From the NCBI GenBank assembly GCA_963790205.1, contig CAWBNQ010000001.1, forward strand, positions 448,001-512,000: a stretch of DNA of 64,000 bases, in the 5' to 3' direction. The notes beneath the pieces are model-generated. The model was given only the letters and a program-made list of their open reading frames with translations. It was not told the origin of the DNA and did not search any database. This DNA is from Nitrospirota bacterium. Its GTDB lineage: Bacteria > Nitrospirota > UBA9217. Each line of letters starts with the position of its first letter. The stretch's first letter is position 1. Of the stretch, positions 50,319 through 60,236 are shown piece by piece. The position numbers were made by a program, and so were the translations under genes.

Positions 50319-50741
50319 ACCGTTCACCTCTTTTCACTCGCGATCTTTCCTAATTAAATTATACCACTTCCCCTTCGCAGCAAAACCACATGACCGCCTG
50401 ATCAGGATGGGCAGGGATAACCCGGCCATTGCGTGTGAGTGGCCAAAAAGACTTCTGAAAGAAAATCGGACTAAAGAAGTAGACTGCTTTGAGCCGCCAA
50501 TATGCTTGCATTTCACGCGCACATACGGTAGGCTGCTCTTCTCAATCCGGGAGAAACACTGCTCTTCCTTAACTAAGTTGTGAATCAAATTGGATTCACA
50601 TTGGAAACAACATCCAACCGCGAAGGCTTTGAGACTCGAAGAAACATGAAGGTATTCGACAAACAGGTATTTATTGGACGAAATTCTTTGTGTCTTTGTG
50701 GCGTGCTTGCTTCCGGCTTGTCCGGATTAGGAGAATGTACT

Positions 50742-50936
50742 ATGGATGGAACGAAGCGTGCCGATATCCGGCCGGGGTTGCGTGTTCAGATCGTGTTGAA
50801 GGAGGACCAGGGAACCGGAAGCCTGACAGAGGGAATCGTAGCCGGGGTCCTGACGAATTCTTCCAGTCATCCCCACGGGATCAAGGTGCGCCTGGAAAGC
50901 GGAGCGGTGGGACGGGTAAAAACGATCCTTTCATAA
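50742..50936 (+). CDS. YwbE (DUF2196) family protein
   Basis: IVLKEDQ.TG.LTEG.V..VLT.S..HPHGIKVRL..G.VGRV. Confidence 0.88.
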   Translation: MDGTKRADIRPGLRVQIVLKEDQGTGSLTEGIVAGVLTNSSSHPHGIKVRLESGAVGRVKTILS

Positions 50937-51011
50937 CAACACCGGACCTCTCGGGAGAAACGCCCCCTTTTCCCCTTATAAGGTTCGTCCCGTGAACAGG
51001 GAGTTATTGAT

Positions 51012-51578
51012 ATGGCCTTGAAAGCAACGATCTTTAAAGCGGAACTCCAGATAAGCGACATGGGCCGCAACTACTACCACGATCATTCGCTCACCCTTGC
51101 CCGCCATCCATCGGAAAACGACGAACGCATGATGGTACGCCTGCTTGCTTTTGCTTTGCACGCCCATGAGGACCTTGCGTTCGCCGAAGGGATGAGCATT
51201 GAGGACGAGCCCGCCTTGTGGCGAAAGGATATGACCGGCGCGATCGAGCTCTGGATCGACGTGGGCCAGCCCGATGGAAAGCGCATACGCAAGGCCTGCG
51301 GCCGCGCGAAGCAGGTGGTCGTTTACAGTTTCAGCGGCCGGAGCGCCGAGGTCTGGTGGAACCAGGTCCGCCAGAATCTCGAGGGGTTAAAAAATCTGAC
51401 CGTCATAAACCTGCAGGGAGCGGGCGCAGCGCTTTCAAAACTGGCGCAGCGCACCATGAAGCTGCAGTGTACCATTCAGGATGAACAGATCTGGGTGACA
51501 GACAGCAACGCTACCGTGCATGTGGATATGACCGGGGGGAGGCTCCGGTCGTGTGAAACTCCCGAAGCCCGCTCATAA
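51012..51578 (+). CDS. yaeQ: YaeQ family protein
   Basis: MALKATIFKA, LARHPSEN.ERMM.RLLA and LWIDVGQPD. Confidence 0.92.
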   Translation: MALKATIFKAELQISDMGRNYYHDHSLTLARHPSENDERMMVRLLAFALHAHEDLAFAEGMSIEDEPALWRKDMTGAIELWIDVGQPDGKRIRKACGRAKQVVVYSFSGRSAEVWWNQVRQNLEGLKNLTVINLQGAGAALSKLAQRTMKLQCTIQDEQIWVTDSNATVHVDMTGGRLRSCETPEARS

Positions 51579-51669
51579 CCAGACGTCCCTCACCACGCGA
51601 TAAGGCCCCTTCCCTGCTCAGCATGTTAAGACTTGATTCATATCTCTATCCCGGTTACAATCGCTCCAG

Positions 51670-51984
51670 ATGGGTCTTGCGAAGACAAAAAAGAATACGA
51701 CCGGGCGATGGTACCTCTATGTGCTGCAGTGCGGCGACAATACGCTCTATACCGGCATTACGAACAACCTGCAGCGCCGCATTCAACAGCACAATAACGG
51801 CACTGCCTCGCGTTGTACTCGCAGCCGCCTGCCGGTAGCGCTGGCCTACCAGGAGCGGTGTCTCGGCCACTCCAGCGCACTGAAGAAAGAGTACGCGATG
51901 AAGCAGTTATCGAGAAAAGAAAAAGAAATATATATCGCAAAAAAGTCGAAGGCACGTCGTTCCCGGCAGAAGCTTCGGGAATGA
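51670..51984 (+). CDS. GIY-YIG nuclease family protein (UPF0213)
   Basis: WYLYVLQC.D.TLYTGIT..LQRR..QHN.G and ALK.EY..KQL.R..K. Confidence 0.88.
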   Translation: MGLAKTKKNTTGRWYLYVLQCGDNTLYTGITNNLQRRIQQHNNGTASRCTRSRLPVALAYQERCLGHSSALKKEYAMKQLSRKEKEIYIAKKSKARRSRQKLRE

Positions 51985-53126
51985 CAACAAGCAGAGATCA
52001 CATGGATAACAATTTCTTTGAATCCTATCGCAAAGAGTTTCCAATAACGGAAAACTATATATACCTGGACCACTCCGGTGTGGCGCCGATGCCGCTCCGG
52101 GTCAAAAACGCGATAGCGGGGTTTCTTGCGGAATCTGCCGAAGGCGGGGCGTTTCATTATCCGAAGTGGGCACAGCGGGTGAATGAGATCAGGAGTACTT
52201 GCGCTCGATTGATCAATGCCGGGCCTGATGAGCTTGCCTTCGTAAAGAGCACGTCGCACGGACTTTCCATCGTTGCCGAGGGGTTCGAGTGGAAGCCTGG
52301 GGACAACGTTCTTATTTACGAAAAAGAATTTCCTTCCAATATCTATCCCTGGCTGAACCTCAAAAGAAAAGGGGTCGAAATAAGGATCATCCCGTCGCGG
52401 GAGGGAAGGATCTTCATCGACGACATAGAGCGATTGCTCGACTCGAAAACAAAACTACTGGCCATAAGCTCTGTCCAGTTTTCGAACGGGTTCAGGATCG
52501 ATTTGAAGAAAGTTGGAGCGCTCTGCAGGAAAAACAATGTCCTTCTCTGCGTTGACGCGATCCAGAGCCTCGGCGTCATCCCCATGGACGTAAAGGAATA
52601 TAGTGTGGACTTTCTTTCAGCCGACGCGCACAAGTGGCTCTTGGGACCCGAGGGTATCGGCATATTCTATTGCAGGCGCGAATTGGCCGAACGTCTTGCC
52701 CCGCCTCTCGTCGGATGGAAATGCGTCCGGAACGAGTTTGATTTCGATCATCCTGATTTCTGCCTGAAAACCGACGCGTTGCGGTTCGAGGAAGGCTCGA
52801 TGAACCTTTTGGGTATTTTCGGACTCGGTGCTGCTGTCGATCTTTTACTGGAGGTCGGTATGAAGAACATCGAGACGCGCGTACTTGGCCTGGGAGAGAT
52901 CATTATCCGTGAAGCGGAACAAAGAGGTCTTGCCGTTCTCACCCCCCGGGAGGGCCGGGAGCGCGGCGGTAATGTCACTGTTGCCGGGCATTTCGACCCC
53001 GTGAAAGTTAACGACCGGTTACGGAAGATTGGGATCATGGTGAATAGCCGCGGAGGCGGGCTTCGCGTGTCCCCGCATTTCTACAATACGGAAGAAGAGA
53101 TCCTGGCTTGCTTTCATGCGCTCTAA
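51981..53126 (+). CDS. Class V PLP enzyme (cysteine desulfurase / C-S lyase-like)
   Basis: IYLDHSG, EFPSN, VDAIQ, PLP lysine in HKWLLGP, LRVSPHFYN; start 51981 or 52002. Confidence 0.88.
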   Translation: MTTSRDHMDNNFFESYRKEFPITENYIYLDHSGVAPMPLRVKNAIAGFLAESAEGGAFHYPKWAQRVNEIRSTCARLINAGPDELAFVKSTSHGLSIVAEGFEWKPGDNVLIYEKEFPSNIYPWLNLKRKGVEIRIIPSREGRIFIDDIERLLDSKTKLLAISSVQFSNGFRIDLKKVGALCRKNNVLLCVDAIQSLGVIPMDVKEYSVDFLSADAHKWLLGPEGIGIFYCRRELAERLAPPLVGWKCVRNEFDFDHPDFCLKTDALRFEEGSMNLLGIFGLGAAVDLLLEVGMKNIETRVLGLGEIIIREAEQRGLAVLTPREGRERGGNVTVAGHFDPVKVNDRLRKIGIMVNSRGGGLRVSPHFYNTEEEILACFHAL

Positions 53127-53209
53127 ATCTTTATTGCAATATCGAATTATATTGAGTAGAATCATGGGTCGAAGAGAACCCATCATTGTTCGGCACGGAG
53201 GTATGTTGA

Positions 53210-53542
53210 ATGGAACTTGATGTAAATGTTGCGGGTAAATCCCTGGCGATCACAATTGATAATCCCTTTCACTTGGACATCGATGCCACGGTAAAACAGA
53301 TTGAATCCTTCCTCTCCGCACAGGGTACCCCGGCGAACGGGCTGGACATCCGGGGGCTTGTTCCAAAATTGGTCAAAGGCATAGCAGGGTGCGAAGGCGG
53401 CTGTCCGGCCGATGCAAAGGGCCTTGTTTCCCGCGGGTTCAAAAATTTCAAGCTCGCATACATCGAAGGGGGCATCCTCGAGGCCTGTGCGGTAACGGAA
53501 AACGGAAAAAACGTCGCTTTCAAGATGTTTCCCAGCTTCTAA
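53210..53542 (+). CDS. Hypothetical protein with a CxxxC motif
   Basis: RBS GGAGG; GCEGGCPADAK; 110 aa. Confidence 0.7.
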   Translation: MELDVNVAGKSLAITIDNPFHLDIDATVKQIESFLSAQGTPANGLDIRGLVPKLVKGIAGCEGGCPADAKGLVSRGFKNFKLAYIEGGILEACAVTENGKNVAFKMFPSF

Positions 53543-53604
53543 ATGCCCGAGGCTGGTGCTCTCTTGATGTTCAGTTTACGGATGCAGGACGCTGCTTCGT
53601 CTTT

Positions 53605-55197
53605 TTACGGCAGCACCTCATACTTCTTTTCAAACATCCCCTTCCCTGCAATCATCTTCACGCCGTGGTCCCTGTTTGCACCCGCATGCTCGAGGATCTT
53701 GTAGATCGATTCTTCACGGTCTGTTGCGCCGACGGCCACGGCAACCTCTTCGACGGTGAAAGCGTTTCCGGGGTTCTTGCGCAGATGGGAAAGAACATCG
53801 AGCTGGAGCTTGATGACGGCCTCGGCCATTTTCTTGCCCGCTTCCACTCCGGGTTGGTGATAGGCATTGATGTTCACGAGCGTTGCGTAGAACCCGACCG
53901 CCCGTTCATACAACGCAATAAGAACGCCGATCGAGCGGGCATCGAGTTTGTCGATCGTGACCGTGATCGACTCGCGTCCGTTTTCATACAAGGCATTCCT
54001 CGTTCCCTGGAGATAGGCGCTCAGGTAGTCTCCGCTCGTGACGCCGGGCTCGACCTCAAGGGAGGACCCGTCGTGATCATGGAGCACCTCGATGAAGGTG
54101 GCGAAGAAATTGTTCACGCCGTCTCGAAGCTGCTGCACATAGGCGTGCTGGTCCGTTGTGCCTTTGTTCCCGTAAACCGCTATCCCCTGGTTCACGACCT
54201 TCCCGTTCAGGTCTTTCTCCTTGCCCAAGGATTCCATGACAAGCTGCTGAAGGTACTTGGAAAAGAGCATAAGCCGATCTTTATAAGGAAGCATCACCAT
54301 GTCCTTGGCCCCCTGGCCGCCAGTGGCATAATACCAGGACAGGGCAAGGAGTGCCGAGGGGTTCGTCCGGGTATCTTTGCCGCGGGTCACCTCGTCGCAC
54401 AAACGCGCGCCATTCAATAACTCTTCTATGTCTAGTCCCTGCAATGCGGCAGGTAGCAGACCGACACCAGACATTACTGATGTTCTCCCACCAACCCAAT
54501 CCCACATTGGAAATCTGGCAATCCAGCCACCGCTTTTTGCTATTTCATCTAGCCTGCTTCCCACTCCAGTGACGGCGACTGCATGCCTTTCGAATGAGAG
54601 CCCTGCTTTCCGATAGGCTGCTGCGACCTCGAGCATTCCGTTCCTCGTCTCTATGGTACCGCCGCTTTTCGAAATAACGAGCGTAAGCGTGTCGTCAAGC
54701 CCGCTTCCTATTCTGGCAAGCACGCGGTCAACGCCGTCCGGGTCTGTATTGTCCAGAAAGTAAGGCTTCATTTTGTCTGCAGTTGTGCCGAGCGCGTCTG
54801 CGATGAACTGCGGCCCGAGAGCCGAGCCGCCGATACCGATGCTCAGGATATTTGTGAACCGGGCGTGCTTTCTTGGATAGATCTTTGCGGCGTGAACCGT
54901 AAAGGCAAAGCCTTTGATCGCCTGGAGCGCGTCCTCGATCTCCTTGCGGACCTCTGCTGACGGCGCGCGACCCGGGGACCTGAGCCAGTAGTGCCCTACC
55001 ATGCGGCCCTCATCAGGATTGGAGATAGCACCGGCCTCAAGCGTGTCCATCGCGCTGTAGGCCTTCTGCATCCTGGGTTCCATGCAATCAAGGAAGTCAT
55101 CGGCAACGTTCATCCTGCTGATATCGAGCACGAGGCCGACGGACGGCGCCGAACAAATAAATTTTTTGTACCGTTCCCAGAGCGCTTTGTTGTTCAT
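53605..55197 (-). CDS. pgi: Glucose-6-phosphate isomerase
   Basis: [32 protein letters not shown] and HQPGVEAGK. Confidence 0.96.
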   Translation of the reverse strand: MNNKALWERYKKFICSAPSVGLVLDISRMNVADDFLDCMEPRMQKAYSAMDTLEAGAISNPDEGRMVGHYWLRSPGRAPSAEVRKEIEDALQAIKGFAFTVHAAKIYPRKHARFTNILSIGIGGSALGPQFIADALGTTADKMKPYFLDNTDPDGVDRVLARIGSGLDDTLTLVISKSGGTIETRNGMLEVAAAYRKAGLSFERHAVAVTGVGSRLDEIAKSGGWIARFPMWDWVGGRTSVMSGVGLLPAALQGLDIEELLNGARLCDEVTRGKDTRTNPSALLALSWYYATGGQGAKDMVMLPYKDRLMLFSKYLQQLVMESLGKEKDLNGKVVNQGIAVYGNKGTTDQHAYVQQLRDGVNNFFATFIEVLHDHDGSSLEVEPGVTSGDYLSAYLQGTRNALYENGRESITVTIDKLDARSIGVLIALYERAVGFYATLVNINAYHQPGVEAGKKMAEAVIKLQLDVLSHLRKNPGNAFTVEEVAVAVGATDREESIYKILEHAGANRDHGVKMIAGKGMFEKKYEVLP

Positions 55198-55339
55198 ATC
55201 TTCCTTTCATTGAGAAGGAGGCGAAACCGCGGAGCGCGGCCCTCCTGGAGAATGAGGGATGATGGTGAGTACCCGTAATAAATTTGGATTTTCGCCGGCT
55301 CTCTGTTTGTGCCGATCCGTGTGAACCCGTGTTCGAAGT

Positions 55340-55585
55340 TCATTCTTCTTTCCCGTACACCGCCCGGATCTTGCGGGCAAGCTCGCGCAACGCCTCAGAG
55401 AAGGTCTTGCCCTGGTCCATGAGTTCGCGCACCACCTCCGCCTTGCTCAGGGCCGTGATCACCTCATCGGATTCATCCACGATCTCGCATTCGTTCTTCC
55501 CTTTTGAAAGCTGCTGGAAAATACAGGCTTCGAGTTGATTCGGAGAATACTGATCCACCAGTTTTTTTATTTTTTTGGTGTCCAT
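55340..55585 (-). CDS. Small hypothetical protein
   Basis: 81-aa ORF (MDTKKIKKL...) with host-like codon usage. Confidence 0.6.
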   Translation of the reverse strand: MDTKKIKKLVDQYSPNQLEACIFQQLSKGKNECEIVDESDEVITALSKAEVVRELMDQGKTFSEALRELARKIRAVYGKEE

Positions 55586-55706
55586 GGCAGGGTTGATTGA
55601 AAATAGTTTATCACAAAATTTACAAAAAGAGGCGGAAACCTTTCCTTGAGAAGGCCGTACTAAAAAGATGTTTTGAGACCCCGGGCTTTGTGGTAATATA
55701 CACGCC

Positions 55707-57074
55707 ATGCATGAGCAGGACACCATATGCGCGGTCTCTACGCCCCCCGGCGAAGGGGGGATCGGCATTATTCGCGTCAGCGGAAGGGACGCGGTCCTCA
55801 TCGCATCCGGAATTTTCAGGCCGCGTACAGAGAGCGGGCGCGCACTCGGGGCTTCCCACACGCTGCGCTACGGCCATGTCGTTGATCCTGCCACCGGCGA
55901 GCTGGTGGACGAAGCACTCGTGAGCGTGATGCGTGCGCCTGCCACGTATACCCGTGAGGACGTGGTCGAGATAAACTGTCACGGCGGCATGGTCCCGCTC
56001 TGGCGCACAATGGACCTGTTAGCCGCAGCCGGTGCGAGGCAGGCTGAGCCGGGCGAGTTCACGAAGCGCGCGTTCCTGAACGGCAGGATCGACCTTGCCC
56101 AGGCCGAGGCCGTTATGGACATCATCCGGGCAAAAACAAGCCTTGCTCTTCGGGCGGCAAACGAGCAGTTGCGCGGAGGACTATCAACCGAAATTTCCGT
56201 CCTTCGGGACCGGCTCATTTCGATCATTGCCTCAGTGGAGGCGGGGATCGATTTTCCCGAGGATATCGAAAGTGAAGCCGGAAAAACGCTGGGGGAGGAA
56301 GTTTCCCGCGTGCTTGACGGAATTGACGGCCTGCTCTCAAGCGCTTCCTTCGGCAGAATACTGCGCGACGGCTTTGCAACCGCGATCGTCGGGAGGCCGA
56401 ACGTCGGCAAATCATCACTGCTGAACGCGCTGCTCAGGCAGGACCGGGCGATCGTGACCGAGGTCCCGGGCACGACCCGGGACGTGCTTGAAGAGTATGT
56501 GAATGTCGCCGGTGTTCCGCTCAGGATTCTCGACACCGCAGGCATCAGGCATTCCCGTGACGTGGTGGAGCAGGAGGGAATACGGCGAAGCCTTGAAGCC
56601 ATGGAGTCCGCCGACATCGTGCTCGTGGTGCTCGATGGCTCACAGCCGCTCATGCCTGAGGACCGCCGAGTGCTGGACGAGGTGAGCGAGAAGAGTGCCA
56701 TCGCGGTGATCAATAAATCGGACCTGCCGCGAAAACTCGAGGCGGGCGGGCGGCCCGTGACCCGGGTTGCCGTTTCGTGCCGCACCGGCGCGGGTCTCGA
56801 GGACCTTCGCCGATCGATCGCGGACATGGTGAAGAAGGGGACCGTCACTTCCCGCGAGCATGCCTGGGCCGTGAACCAGCGGCACAGGACTACACTCGAG
56901 CAGACACAAGAAAGCCTTCAAAGGGCGCTCGGGGCGGTCACGTCCGGCCTGTCTCCCGAGTTTATCGCCGTCGACCTCCGCGGGGCGCTCGACAGCCTAG
57001 GGCTCATTATCGGCGCTACGTATACGGAAGACATTCTCGAACGGATCTTCAACGATTTCTGCATTGGGAAGTGA
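55707..57074 (+). CDS. mnmE: tRNA modification GTPase MnmE
   Basis: DTICAVSTPPG, GRPNVGKSS, GTTRD, DTAG, NKSD and FCIGK C-terminus. Confidence 0.97.
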   Translation: MHEQDTICAVSTPPGEGGIGIIRVSGRDAVLIASGIFRPRTESGRALGASHTLRYGHVVDPATGELVDEALVSVMRAPATYTREDVVEINCHGGMVPLWRTMDLLAAAGARQAEPGEFTKRAFLNGRIDLAQAEAVMDIIRAKTSLALRAANEQLRGGLSTEISVLRDRLISIIASVEAGIDFPEDIESEAGKTLGEEVSRVLDGIDGLLSSASFGRILRDGFATAIVGRPNVGKSSLLNALLRQDRAIVTEVPGTTRDVLEEYVNVAGVPLRILDTAGIRHSRDVVEQEGIRRSLEAMESADIVLVVLDGSQPLMPEDRRVLDEVSEKSAIAVINKSDLPRKLEAGGRPVTRVAVSCRTGAGLEDLRRSIADMVKKGTVTSREHAWAVNQRHRTTLEQTQESLQRALGAVTSGLSPEFIAVDLRGALDSLGLIIGATYTEDILERIFNDFCIGK

Positions 57075-57306
57075 TTATAATACGAATACTTTTTTCTCGC
57101 AAAGAGCGCAAAGGGAAGATTGAGGCAAACGCTTTGTTGGTTTAAAACCTAAAGCAAACGGCAGTCTAGGATTTTCCTGGTTTCCTTTGCGGGCTTTGCC
57201 TGCACCCAGCGTTTACGAGTGTGCGCGCGAGTGCAGGGCGCGAGAGACGCCTTTTAGATTTTGCCTTTTGGTTCCGGGTTTCCCGGGTTAGGTGACTTTA
57301 CGACTT

Positions 57307-59187
57307 ATGACCATGCAGAAAAAATACGAGGTTATCGTGATCGGCGCAGGCCATGCCGGGTGCGAGGCTGCCCTGGCCTCCGCGCGCATGGGCTGCTCCA
57401 CCCTCCTGCTTACCATGAACCTCGACAGCATTGCGCTCATGTCCTGCAACCCCGCTATCGGCGGCCTGGCCAAGGGGCATCTGGTAAAAGAGATCGACGC
57501 CCTGGGCGGCGAGATGGCAAGGATCATCGACAGAACCGGTATTCAGTTCCGCGTCCTCAACCGGAGCAAGGGCCCGGCGGTCCGGGGCACACGCGCCCAG
57601 GCCGACAAGCAGCGGTATCGTCTCGCGATGAAAGAATCCGTGGAGGAGCAGACACGTCTCGACGTGAAGCAGGGGCTCGTCGAGAAACTTCTTGTTGAGG
57701 ATAACCGCATCCAGGGCGTAGAAACAAATATCGGCGTCCGGTATCTTTCGTCAGCCGTGATCATTACAACGGGAACTTTTTTAAAAGGTCTTATCCATAT
57801 CGGTCTCGTGAACTATCCCTCGGGCAGGGCAGGGGAGTTCCCGTCCGTCGGATTGTCGGACTGCCTGAGAGGCTTGGGCTTCGAGATCGGCAGGCTCAAG
57901 ACCGGCACGCCCGCGCGGTTGAACGGAAGGACCATTGATTTTGAAAACATGCAGCCCCAGAGCGGAGACGAGCCGGCGCCTTTTTTTTCGTTTTCGGAAA
58001 ATGTACATACACTCCCACAATTGCCCTGCTATTTAACGTATACTAATACTGCCACCCATGAAATTATACGAAATAACCTAGATCGCTCCCCACTTTACGC
58101 GGGAGTTATCAAGGGTACCGGGCCACGATACTGCCCCTCCATAGAAGATAAGGTCATGCGGTTCTCGGGGCGTGAGCGACACCAGGTATTCCTCGAGCCC
58201 GAGGGGCTGGACACCGAGGAATACTATGCCAACGGAGTGTCAACAAGTCTTCCTTACGACGTTCAGATAAGGCTGTACCGCTCCATTCCTGGGCTTGAGC
58301 ACGTCGAGATCATGCGGCCGGCATACGCAATAGAGTATGATTTCGCTCCGCCCACGCAGATCACTCATACGCTCGAGACAAAGAGAATTGCCGGACTGTA
58401 CTTCGCCGGCCAGATCAACGGCACCTCGGGGTATGAAGAAGCAGCGGCCCAGGGGCTGATGGCGGGGATCAATGCGGCGCTCAAAATCCAGAAGCGTCAG
58501 CCCATCGTGCTTTCCCGGGCAGAAGCATACATCGGCGTCCTGATCGACGACCTCGTGACGCGGGGGACCTCCGAACCGTACCGCATGTTCACCTCCCGCG
58601 CCGAGTACCGGCTCATCCTTCGGGAAGACAACGCCGACCTGCGGCTCCGGGACAAAGGACACGATCTCGGTCTTGTGTCTGACGAGTTGTACGATCTCTT
58701 TCGGGAGAAGAAAGACTCAATTGACCGTGAAGTTTCCAGGCTCAAAAAAACCTGGGTAAGATCAACACCGGAGATCAATGGTATGCTCGCCGGGCGCGGG
58801 ACCACCGGGATATCGGGCGAGGCCTCGCTTGACCAGCTCCTCAAGCGGCCCGAGCTGGGATACGATGATATTGCGGGAATAAGCTCTTCGCCGGAACCGC
58901 TGACGGACGCGGCAGCGGAACAGGTCGAGATCCAGGTAAAGTACGAGGGATACATCGAGCGCCAACTCCAGCAGGTTGACCGCTTCGCGTCGCTTGAGCA
59001 AAAGGGCATCCCCGCGGACATGGATTACGATGCCGTGACCGGCCTCGGCGCCGAGGTAAAACAGAAGCTCAAGCAGGTGCGGCCCATATCGCTGGGCCAG
59101 GCCACGAGAATTTCGGGCGTGACTCCCGCCGCCATTTCGCTCTTATTGGTAGCCCTCGAAAAAAATAAGCGGCGAAGAGCGCAGTAA
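57307..59187 (+). CDS. mnmG: tRNA uridine-5-carboxymethylaminomethyl modification enzyme MnmG (GidA)
   Basis: GAGHAGCEAA, MSCNPAIGG, GPRYCPSIEDK and GQINGTSGYEEAAAQG. Confidence 0.97.
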   Translation: MTMQKKYEVIVIGAGHAGCEAALASARMGCSTLLLTMNLDSIALMSCNPAIGGLAKGHLVKEIDALGGEMARIIDRTGIQFRVLNRSKGPAVRGTRAQADKQRYRLAMKESVEEQTRLDVKQGLVEKLLVEDNRIQGVETNIGVRYLSSAVIITTGTFLKGLIHIGLVNYPSGRAGEFPSVGLSDCLRGLGFEIGRLKTGTPARLNGRTIDFENMQPQSGDEPAPFFSFSENVHTLPQLPCYLTYTNTATHEIIRNNLDRSPLYAGVIKGTGPRYCPSIEDKVMRFSGRERHQVFLEPEGLDTEEYYANGVSTSLPYDVQIRLYRSIPGLEHVEIMRPAYAIEYDFAPPTQITHTLETKRIAGLYFAGQINGTSGYEEAAAQGLMAGINAALKIQKRQPIVLSRAEAYIGVLIDDLVTRGTSEPYRMFTSRAEYRLILREDNADLRLRDKGHDLGLVSDELYDLFREKKDSIDREVSRLKKTWVRSTPEINGMLAGRGTTGISGEASLDQLLKRPELGYDDIAGISSSPEPLTDAAAEQVEIQVKYEGYIERQLQQVDRFASLEQKGIPADMDYDAVTGLGAEVKQKLKQVRPISLGQATRISGVTPAAISLLLVALEKNKRRRAQ

Positions 59188-59201
59188 ATGCGGAATGACG
59201 A

Positions 59202-59900
59202 ATGCGGACCGTGGAAGAGGACCAGGAAAACGATGCACGTGCAGGAGAATGCGGCGTGACCCCGAGAGAACTATTGATCACCGGCGCTGAAGCGCTCGGC
59301 AGTGCTTTGACCGTCGAGCAGGTCAATTCCCTGTTCATCTTCCTGGCCGAGCTTAAAAAATGGAACACCAGGATAAATCTCACGGCCATCAGGGGGGAGC
59401 GGGACACCGTTATCAAGCACGTGCTTGATTCCCTTTCCCATGTACAAGGCTTCATCCCCGCGCCGGGGTTGAGACTGCTGGATATGGGATCGGGGGCGGG
59501 GCTTCCGGCAATCCCGATCAAGATTGCCTATCCCGGGATCTCGGTCACACTCGTAGAGTCGGCCAAAAAGAAAGCTTCCTTCCTCCGGCATGTAATCAGG
59601 ACGCTGCAGCTCGGCGAGGCAGAGGTCCTGGATATGAGGACAGAAGAGCTCCCGGCATCCCGCCATAGATCCTATGACGTGGTAACGGCCCGGGCCTTTG
59701 CGGATATGGAGAAAGCGCTTGAAGCGGGCGCACTATTTCTGAAACCAGGAGGACTCGTGGTCCTGAGCCGGGGGCCGGAGGAAGCGATCGACGAGAAAGA
59801 GTCGGCTGAATACGGAGTTACCCTGGACAAAAAGATCGCCCTGATGCTTCCGCATTCGGATTATAAACGGGTGATCTGGGTTTTTAAAAGAACTGGATAG
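59202..59900 (+). CDS. rsmG: 16S rRNA m7G527 methyltransferase (GidB); start uncertain
   Basis: WN..INLTAI, HVLDSL, DMGSGAGLP and VTARA. Confidence 0.95.
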   Translation: MRTVEEDQENDARAGECGVTPRELLITGAEALGSALTVEQVNSLFIFLAELKKWNTRINLTAIRGERDTVIKHVLDSLSHVQGFIPAPGLRLLDMGSGAGLPAIPIKIAYPGISVTLVESAKKKASFLRHVIRTLQLGEAEVLDMRTEELPASRHRSYDVVTARAFADMEKALEAGALFLKPGGLVVLSRGPEEAIDEKESAEYGVTLDKKIALMLPHSDYKRVIWVFKRTG

Positions 59901-60034
59901 CCAGGAAGGCGCCAAAAAACAAAAGTTTATAACGAAAAAACGATCTCCTTTGAGCCTTCGCCTGCGCCCGGTGATTACGAGTGGTAACGCAAGTGCGGGG
60001 TGTGGCTTTGCGGCATGTTTGGGTTTATCAGTGA

Positions 60035-60050
60035 GGTTCCACGTGGAACA
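60035..60050. promoter_or_regulatory. parS site 1 (ParB loading site)
   Basis: GGTTCCACGTGGAACA, near-consensus parS palindrome, close to parAB. Confidence 0.85.
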
Positions 60051-60236
60051 ATCGAATGCCGCATTCTCCCGAGAAACATTCGAGGGCAGGCTTCTTGCGG
60101 AGTTTGGAGTTTATCTACCGAACCTGTAAAAAGCTAGATTGCTTCGCTAAGTGAAGGTTCGTAGCGGCACTCGCAATGACACCATTCTGGGCTTTTTACA
60201 AATGCATCGGCCTTGGTCAAAAAGAAAGGTTAGGTT

